Assembly: GCA_043773745.1 (NCBI GenBank)
Contig: JAYVEV010000132.1
Location: 1,073 to 65,072, forward strand
Length of the DNA: 64,000 nucleotides
Source of the DNA: Burkholderiales bacterium
Lineage (GTDB): Bacteria; Pseudomonadota; Gammaproteobacteria; Burkholderiales; Usitatibacteraceae
Direction of reading: 5' to 3'
Part shown: one piece after another, positions 40,653-47,600 of the stretch
Position numbering within the stretch: position 1 is the stretch's first letter
How the letters are laid out: each line of letters begins with the position of its first letter
Made by a program: the position numbers and the translations under genes
The notes under the pieces: model-generated
What the model saw: the letters and a program-made list of their open reading frames with translations, nothing else
Databases searched by the model: none
What the model was told of the DNA's origin: nothing

Positions 40653-41247
40653 TTGCCTTCGCGCTCACTCTTGCGCTTAATTTCACGCTGGCGATATTCA
40701 TCGGCAGCCCGGTGCCGGTGTCATATTCGGCGCCGCACAGCACGCCCATCCTGGCAATTTCTTCGGCTGCTTTGCGGCCCTTGTGCTGTTCATAAACCGC
40801 AAACATCGCACCCAATGCAAAATCGCGGCCCGAGCCAATCGCCCAGAAGCGATCAAACTCAAACACCTCACGCATCGAATACACTCCAAAAATACCGCTG
40901 GAGTTGACGATCAGCGCGGTTAATTGTGATGACTCGTAAGCATCATCGTCTTCTTCCTTAGTGTTCAGGAATGCCTCATCTTTGAGCAGCGGATGAATTT
41001 TGCGAAAGCTTTCGTAAATTTCCTCGCGGCCATAAAACTTGAATTCGGGATGCCGCTTCAACAGACTTTCCAGCACCAGCTGGTGCGCGGCGGAACCGGC
41101 AATACCAAAATAAGTATCGCCATGCTTGAGTAATTTTTCCGGTGCAGCATCGTGCACGCTGCCCAAACGGGTTGAGCCAAATGTGGTGAGCGTGTCACCC
41201 GCGATCGTGACCATCCCATCTTTTTTAACCACCACGATTGTTGTCAT
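40636..41247 (-). CDS. HslV-related Ntn-hydrolase, probable betaproteobacterial proteasome homolog (BPH)
   Basis: The N-terminus MTTIVVVKKDGMVTIAGDT parallels HslV TTIV.V...G.V.IAGDGQ, with the Thr nucleophile right after Met. The product is 203 aa. No hslU or other AAA+ gene is adjacent. It overlaps hslR by 17 nt. Confidence 0.65.
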   Translation of the reverse strand: MTTIVVVKKDGMVTIAGDTLTTFGSTRLGSVHDAAPEKLLKHGDTYFGIAGSAAHQLVLESLLKRHPEFKFYGREEIYESFRKIHPLLKDEAFLNTKEEDDDAYESSQLTALIVNSSGIFGVYSMREVFEFDRFWAIGSGRDFALGAMFAVYEQHKGRKAAEEIARMGVLCGAEYDTGTGLPMNIASVKLSARVSAKANAKSR

Positions 41248-41330
41248 CTCAGTATCCTTTTTATTACCAATTCGATTACGACCCTGATTGCAAACTGCCG
41301 AGCCCGCACTTAAGCGTAGCCCAAAATGGC

Positions 41331-41792
41331 TCAGCTTCGCAGCCGATCCCCAAAATTGACCATTAACACACCGGCAATCACCAGCATCGCACCGATGGCG
41401 CGCGGCGCGGATAATTCACGCTCAACCATCCCCAGTATGCCAACGCGGTCAAACACCAGCGATGCCAGAACCTGCCCGGCAATCACCAGGCTCAACATGG
41501 TTGCCACACCAATGCGCGGCGCCAATAGCGTGGTGCCAAAGACAAACATGGCACCCAGCAGTCCGCCCATCAACTGCCACGGCGCAACACTGGAAAGCTT
41601 GAGCACACTGCCCCATTTCTCGCCCGAGGCCACACACACCACCACCAAAATAACGGAGCCGACTAAAAAATTGATGAGCGCCGCAAACACAGCGCCGCTG
41701 CCCACCGCAACACGCAGCGAATTATTAATAATCGCCTGCAATGGAATCATGCAGCCAATAAAAAAAGCAAACAGCAGCAAAAGCGTATTCAT
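41331..41792 (-). CDS. DUF606 (YdcZ-like) DMT-superfamily membrane protein
   Basis: The product is 153 aa with 5 TM segments. The N-terminus (MNTLLLLFAFFIGCMIPLQAIINNSLR) is typical of the family. Confidence 0.7.
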   Translation of the reverse strand: MNTLLLLFAFFIGCMIPLQAIINNSLRVAVGSGAVFAALINFLVGSVILVVVCVASGEKWGSVLKLSSVAPWQLMGGLLGAMFVFGTTLLAPRIGVATMLSLVIAGQVLASLVFDRVGILGMVERELSAPRAIGAMLVIAGVLMVNFGDRLRS

Positions 41793-42001
41793 GGGTAATC
41801 CGGTTGGTTAAGGTAATTGCGGGCCGCAACGCCATGGGGAAATATCCGCAGACACATAGCTCTAGATGAATAGCATTAGACACATGGCTATATTATCTAC
41901 CCGTATCTGCGGCCAAAATCAATCGTAGGCCGTGATAGTAGCGCGAGAAATCAAGTCACAAGGCGGCCCGCAAGTCCGGCAGACCGATGTGTTCTGTTTG
42001 C

Positions 42002-42029
42002 GCCAACCGCCAAGGATATGGCGGCTGGC
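42002..42029 (-). terminator. GC-rich hairpin 7 nt downstream of the giant ORF stop (terminator-like, no U-tract)
   Basis: GCCAACCGCC / GGCGGCTGGC pair at 9 of 10 positions around an 8-nt loop. No T-run follows on the minus strand. Confidence 0.35.
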
Positions 42030-42035
42030 ATAATT

Positions 42036-45000
42036 TCAACAGCTAGTCAGAAAGAAGCGCGCAGCAGCCGGCGAGAAGTACCGGCATCCCTTGCCTGATA
42101 GCAGTACCTTGTCCGGACTTGACGGTGCATTGCTGTTAATAACCAGTTTCCCCGCTATCGTCCCCAGACTAATGGGACTGAACGTGATGCTGATCGTGCA
42201 GAAAGCATTGGGTGCCAGCACTGTCCCGCAGGTATTGGTCTGGGAATAACTACTGTCGGTTGTTATGCTGGCGAGATTGAGCGGCAGATTGCCTACGTTG
42301 GTCAGCGTGACGCGCTGAGCCGGTGCCAGGCTGCCGTAAATGACATTGCCAAAGCCCAGGGTGGTGGCACTCAGCTTCGCGATCGGCGACGGGATGGGCA
42401 TGGCCATACCGGTCACCGTGATCGCGTTGACTATGGCCGCATTGCTGGCATTGCTCGGGATGCTGACCACGGCCGTTTTGGTGGCCGGGTTGAGGCTTGT
42501 CGCAAGCTGGGGCGTAAAGCTGATATTGAAACTGCAGCTGGCATTGGCCGCCAATGTTGCCGCGCAGGTTCCGGATAATGCAAAGTCATTGGCGAGCGTA
42601 TTCGCTCCCGGTTGTACGATGATGGCATCCAAGTTCAGCGGCGCGTTGCCAGTGTTGGAAATCGTAATAACCTGCGGTGCGCTGACCGTACCGATCACTT
42701 GTTCGGTGAAACTCAAATTGCCACTCAACTTGATAATCGGCGCCGGTGCGGGCGTGCCATTGGCAGTGATGGCGACGGTCAACGGGTTCGGCGTGCTGGG
42801 CGCAGTGACATTATGGGTGATCGTGATACTGCCATTGACCGCACCCGTCACAGCAGGCGCAAACAGCACGCTGATGTGGCACTGTGCCAATGGTGCCAAT
42901 GTGGTGCCGCAGTTGGGCACGGTAATAGCCGGTATCGTGGTTGTTGGCGCACTGGCCCTGACCAGACCCGCGCCATTGATCACCACGCCGGACAATAATA
43001 AATTGGCGCTTCCGCCATTGGTGACAATGACGCTCTGAATGGCCGAGACTGAACCAACCGATTGATCGCCAAACGCAAGCACAGCCGGGCTGACTGCAAT
43101 ATTGGGGGCCGGGACAACCACACCACTACCAGACACAGACACCGCTACGGATGACGGTGGTGCATTGCTGCTGATTAACAGAAATGTGTTTGAGGAGCCC
43201 GTGCCAAGTGGGTTGAAGGTGACACTAATATTGCAGGTCGCGCCGACTGCCAAAGTCGCTGGGCTAAGCGGGCAGTTGGAACTAAACGCAAAGTCACCTT
43301 GTGATGAAATGTTGTTAATAGCCAGCGGCAACTGCCCGCTGGAGGTAATGGTGATATTTTGCGCGGCGCTGGATACACCAACATTCACCGCACCAAAACT
43401 CAAACCGCCCGTTGAAACGGTGATGCCTGGTGCCAGTGCTGGCGCGACGATTAGCGCGACGCTGGAGGTATTGGTATTGTTACCACCGGCACTCAGATTG
43501 CTAGGCACAACATTGATAGTGTAGCTGCCCGCGCTTGCAGCCCGTACTGCAAACGTAATGGTGCAACTACCCATCGCCGAAATACTGCCCATACCAAAGG
43601 TGATGCCGGTACCGCCAGTTACGATACTGGGAAAAGTGCCGCAGTTGTTGGACGGCGCAGGCGTAGCCTGTACCAGAAGTCCCGCGGGCATGGTCACTGA
43701 GCCACTGCTAATGAGTTGGGGGGAAGGCGCCGGCGTACTGAGAGTCAGTGTAACCTGCGCATTGATACCGGCGAGTACGCTGGCCGGCGATACGGCGACT
43801 GTCATGGTTGGATTGAGATTGATGCCCGTGCCACTGAGCGCAATGATATGGGGGCTGCTGACCGTATTATCCGTGATGGTCAACGTGCCCGTGGCAGCAC
43901 CCGCAACGGTCGGGGTAAAAGTCACGTTGATTGTGCAGGTATTGGCGGGAGGGCTTGCCGGGGGTACCGCCAATAATGACGTACTGCAGGATGTCGTTGT
44001 CGTGAACGGACCGGTCAAGGTAAATGCACCGCCAAAGATAAGGTCAGCCGTACCGGTATTGGTTAAGGTCAGTGCTTGCGGGGCACTGCTGGTGCCGACT
44101 CCCTGCCCGCTGAAGGTAAGTATGCCGGCGCTGGCGCTGAACAGCGGAGCGGCCAACGGCGTAATAACAACGGTATAGGTCGCTGACGCATTCGGCAGCG
44201 TCCCGTTGGCGGCCTGTACGGTGAAGCTATAGCTGCCCGCCAAGGTTGGTGTGCCGGACAAAACACCCGTTGTCGTATTCAGGCTCAATCCCGTTGGCAT
44301 GGTGCCTGTCGCAATGCTCCAGGTGATGGTAGGACTGCCGGCAGCGGTAAAGCTAAAGCTGTAGCCTTTGCCGATTGATCCACCGGGCGGCGTAGCGCTG
44401 GTAATGGCGGGCGAAGTAGCAAGACCCGGTGCGGCAATCAAACTGTTGAGCGAGAGCGCTTCAGCGCCGGATAATGCACGGCCATAAATCAGCAGATTAT
44501 TGGCCAGGCCGTTAAACGCTCCGCCGTTAGCGTAATTAAAGAATGAAAACACGCGATCGGACGGATTGGCGCTGGAATAGAACGCATCAAAATTGAATCC
44601 GCTTGGTAGCGAAATGGGCGTCTTCAACACACCATCAATATACAAATTGATTGTTAACTTGGAGACATCAACCACCACAATCGCCCGATGCCATGTATTC
44701 AACGTCATCGGTGCCCCGAGCGTGAATGAGCTCACACCATTATTCAACGTGATGCGCGGCTCGTACAGCGGGGTTACACCCAGTTCCATCGCGCGATAGC
44801 TTGTGCCGAAGCTGAGTATCGTGCCGTTAGTGGGCAGCGTGCTTAGATTAAAATCCACCATGAATGAAAATTGGCGATAGTTAACTCCTTCGCGCAAACC
44901 GGAGGAGTTGCTACCACTGTACACACCATTCATCGACAAACTATTGCTGGCGAATGTGGCGCTAGGGTTCAACGAAAATGAAGCGCCCCCCATCAAGTCG

Positions 45001-47450
45001 CTTGCCGCAACGGTAAACGGAAAATAAGCGAGGAGTCCGTTTTGCGACACTGCAGCGGGCAATACAAATGCAGGTGTTGCAGGCATCACGCTATTGGACA
45101 CCACTGAAGATGTGCTGTTGCCGACACCGTTATTCGCCACCACCGTAAAGGTATAGGCAGTACCGTTAGTCAGCCCGGTAACAATATGCGAAGTAATGGC
45201 GCTGCCTGCATTACTGTCATAACCGCCAGCCGGTGACGACACCACGGTGTACCCCGTATTGCTAAACCCAGTGTTGGTAGATGGCGAAAAAGACACCATC
45301 GCATAACCGTTTGCCGCATTTGCATTGGGTGCGCCCGGTGCAGAAGGTACGTTACCGGCAACCCCGGTTCCACTCAGGGTAATGACGCTCGTACTAGGGG
45401 TGGCATTAGATATCATAGTAAGCGTCGCGCTCGTCAGCCCCAGCACGGTCGGCTTGAATATCAGTTGAAGTGTGCAGGACGAGCCGGGGGAAAGAGTTTG
45501 CATGCCGGTGAGTGGAGCGCCATTAACATCAGCGCCAATGAAGCACCAGTTATAGGGAATCGGGCGAGTATCGTCGAAATAGGAATCGCGGAATAGCGCA
45601 GCATTCGAATGGGCCAGGCTGAATGTGAGATTTGCAGTTCCACTATTTTGAATGGTCACGGCTTGTACCGCGCTGGATCCACCGACCGCAGTGCTCGGGA
45701 AAGTTGTTGCGCCCGAAACTGTCACCGCAGGACCGGCTGCTGGCGCGCTAGCCGCTCCGTTCAGCGCAAAGACGTAAGAAACAGCCGGCTTCACGGTCTC
45801 GGGCAAAACTGGCGGCGATGCAGACGAAATCGGTCCCAATGTGAGTGTTGCCGTTTCAGTAACAGTGGGACTGGGTTGGTTATAAGTCACCACCACTTGG
45901 CAACTCGCACCTGCGGCCACTGACCCACACGTGCTGGAGGTCACGGTGAACGCTGCCGAATTGCTGGTTGGCAGTGGCACCATCACCGCCACGCTGTCGG
46001 CATTCGTAAATGTAAATGTTTGCGATTGAGTCCCGCCAGCCGCAATGGAAAAGTTCGAATATGTCGATGTGTAGATCAACGGCGTTACGGCCTGCACGGA
46101 AATTTCCGACGTTCCGCCAATCGACCCGACAGGCGTCGATGCGGTCATCGACGGGTGATAGGTCGGGGGCCCGCTGGTGATCATTTGAATGGCGGTATAC
46201 CCGACTCCGTCAGTGATCTTTTTGCCGGTCAACACATATTTCACGCCGATACCCAGGTTTGATGTGTCAATGTTGTTGGTGTTGTCGAACAGGTCGATGT
46301 CGTATGTTGTGCTCGCTGCGGAGCTAAGCGTGGCATCGACAGTCGTGGCGACGCTGGCGCCGCTCCATGCGTAATTCACCGCAGTAATGATCGGATAATT
46401 CTGTGCAAATGCGGGCGAACCCGGTTGCCCGCCATTGGCGTGATAGCAACCCGGACTGTTGAGAAGGGCGTTACTGTCTCGGACGTCGCCCGCCAATATA
46501 TCCCCCAGCGCAATTCCCGGATAGGCGCCGTTCGGAATACCGATATTGTTGGCGCGTATCGAGATGCCCTGCGGAGCGCATTCACTCGCGTAGACGCGGA
46601 TACCACCCTGCAAGTTGGCGTTGATGGTGTTGTCGTGGATATCGGCCGGCCCTCTCAACATGCCAATGCCGGCACCCAGATTACCTGCGATGAGATTGTT
46701 GGCGATGACCGTGTTTGGAACATAGATCTCAATGGCGTTGTTGCCGCCATTGGGCGACCCAATGGCGCCGGATGGCGAGACACCGATGTAGTTATTTACA
46801 ATCCGCGTTCCGGTCGCGCCGGAGACGAAGGGGAGAAGAATACCCACTGAATTAGAAGAAATCGTATTGCGTTCGGCCGCTAGCAAACCGCCGATGTTCG
46901 CCATGGACCCGCCGGTCATTTTCACGCCAAAACCATTGCTAGAGATTGAATTGCCGGTGATAGTAGCGCCGTTGCCGCCCGCAATTAGGACGCCGGGATT
47001 TCCCGCGAAGTTGTTGATAGCTAAGCCGCGTACCGCAATGTTATTTGCGTTAATCTCGAGACCCGGTCCCGCCATCCCCAATGATGCACCGTTTAACGTG
47101 ATGAGTATGTTGGCATTGTTACCCGTTAACTGCTTATTAGCAGTTGCAAGGGGTTGTGAATAGCCGTCGAGGGTGGTGTCGTTACAAGAGAGGGTCGGCA
47201 ATGGCGAATTGAGCGAAATGACGACCGGCCCTGGTACCGGAATATTGAAATTGATCGTTGCCGTGGATCCGCATAATCCACCCGCGTTGGCGTCAGTAAT
47301 GGCCTGTCGCAGTGAGCCGGGCCCGGAGTCGTTGATATTTGTAACAGTGGCCACAATCGACTGCGCGTATGCGCCGCCGACCATACCAAGCAACAGCGAC
47401 GATGCCAGCGTTGCAAGGAAGCATTTAATGATCATGAGCTGTTTTAACAT
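42036..47450 (-). CDS. Giant secreted multi-domain protein: CSLREA-like motif + right-handed beta-helix, Cys-pair Ig-like (choice-of-anchor-D/ASH-like) repeats, FN3, LamG, Ig-like
   Basis: It has a signal peptide (MLKQLMIIKCFLATLASSLLLGMVGGAYA|Q). Start candidates are 47450, 47462 or GTG at 47513. GSLRQAITDAN is followed by about 300 aa of beta-helix-like repeats (NN.I.GN..G...). An FN3-like segment spans nt 45081-45350, a LamG-like segment nt 44436-45041, and a He_PIG/cadherin-like Ig segment nt 44160-44417. At least 8 repeats of ~100 aa each carry two Cys, with the motif C-x-[ILVF]-x-[IV]-x-[FY]-x-P. Confidence 0.8.
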   Translation of the reverse strand: MLKQLMIIKCFLATLASSLLLGMVGGAYAQSIVATVTNINDSGPGSLRQAITDANAGGLCGSTATINFNIPVPGPVVISLNSPLPTLSCNDTTLDGYSQPLATANKQLTGNNANILITLNGASLGMAGPGLEINANNIAVRGLAINNFAGNPGVLIAGGNGATITGNSISSNGFGVKMTGGSMANIGGLLAAERNTISSNSVGILLPFVSGATGTRIVNNYIGVSPSGAIGSPNGGNNAIEIYVPNTVIANNLIAGNLGAGIGMLRGPADIHDNTINANLQGGIRVYASECAPQGISIRANNIGIPNGAYPGIALGDILAGDVRDSNALLNSPGCYHANGGQPGSPAFAQNYPIITAVNYAWSGASVATTVDATLSSAASTTYDIDLFDNTNNIDTSNLGIGVKYVLTGKKITDGVGYTAIQMITSGPPTYHPSMTASTPVGSIGGTSEISVQAVTPLIYTSTYSNFSIAAGGTQSQTFTFTNADSVAVMVPLPTSNSAAFTVTSSTCGSVAAGASCQVVVTYNQPSPTVTETATLTLGPISSASPPVLPETVKPAVSYVFALNGAASAPAAGPAVTVSGATTFPSTAVGGSSAVQAVTIQNSGTANLTFSLAHSNAALFRDSYFDDTRPIPYNWCFIGADVNGAPLTGMQTLSPGSSCTLQLIFKPTVLGLTSATLTMISNATPSTSVITLSGTGVAGNVPSAPGAPNANAANGYAMVSFSPSTNTGFSNTGYTVVSSPAGGYDSNAGSAITSHIVTGLTNGTAYTFTVVANNGVGNSTSSVVSNSVMPATPAFVLPAAVSQNGLLAYFPFTVAASDLMGGASFSLNPSATFASNSLSMNGVYSGSNSSGLREGVNYRQFSFMVDFNLSTLPTNGTILSFGTSYRAMELGVTPLYEPRITLNNGVSSFTLGAPMTLNTWHRAIVVVDVSKLTINLYIDGVLKTPISLPSGFNFDAFYSSANPSDRVFSFFNYANGGAFNGLANNLLIYGRALSGAEALSLNSLIAAPGLATSPAITSATPPGGSIGKGYSFSFTAAGSPTITWSIATGTMPTGLSLNTTTGVLSGTPTLAGSYSFTVQAANGTLPNASATYTVVITPLAAPLFSASAGILTFSGQGVGTSSAPQALTLTNTGTADLIFGGAFTLTGPFTTTTSCSTSLLAVPPASPPANTCTINVTFTPTVAGAATGTLTITDNTVSSPHIIALSGTGINLNPTMTVAVSPASVLAGINAQVTLTLSTPAPSPQLISSGSVTMPAGLLVQATPAPSNNCGTFPSIVTGGTGITFGMGSISAMGSCTITFAVRAASAGSYTINVVPSNLSAGGNNTNTSSVALIVAPALAPGITVSTGGLSFGAVNVGVSSAAQNITITSSGQLPLAINNISSQGDFAFSSNCPLSPATLAVGATCNISVTFNPLGTGSSNTFLLISSNAPPSSVAVSVSGSGVVVPAPNIAVSPAVLAFGDQSVGSVSAIQSVIVTNGGSANLLLSGVVINGAGLVRASAPTTTIPAITVPNCGTTLAPLAQCHISVLFAPAVTGAVNGSITITHNVTAPSTPNPLTVAITANGTPAPAPIIKLSGNLSFTEQVIGTVSAPQVITISNTGNAPLNLDAIIVQPGANTLANDFALSGTCAATLAANASCSFNISFTPQLATSLNPATKTAVVSIPSNASNAAIVNAITVTGMAMPIPSPIAKLSATTLGFGNVIYGSLAPAQRVTLTNVGNLPLNLASITTDSSYSQTNTCGTVLAPNAFCTISITFSPISLGTIAGKLVINSNAPSSPDKVLLSGKGCRYFSPAAARFFLTSC

Positions 47451-47600
47451 TTTCGCCACCATTCGCAATTTATGACTCGCTATTGAATTTCCCACTATCT
47501 GGCACCCAATCACCCCCCTTCAGACGAGGCTCCCCAAGCATTTATGCCTGCGAACCCTCGTCAAATGGCGAGTTTGCCCTTTTTATGCCGGGGCTCGCGC

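Noticed and set aside
42340-44178. Long plus-strand ORFs (232 aa at 42340-43038, 140 aa at 43102-43524 and 206 aa at 43558-44178), and others antisense to the giant gene
   Set aside because: They lie entirely inside the 5.4-kb minus-strand ORF, which has clear domain structure. Their products are low-complexity Ala/Gly/Val/Leu strings, as expected from the complement of Thr/Ser/Ala/Gly/Asn codons. None has an RBS or a recognisable motif.
42036-47450. Giant protein as an autotransporter, an RTX/T1SS substrate, a PEP-CTERM protein or a T9SS protein
   Set aside because: There is no C-terminal ~250-300-aa translocator barrel and there are no GGxGxD nonapeptide repeats. No T1SS ABC/MFP genes lie nearby. 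No PEP motif + TM + Arg tail is present, and there is no T9SS C-terminal domain, which would not be expected in a proteobacterium anyway.
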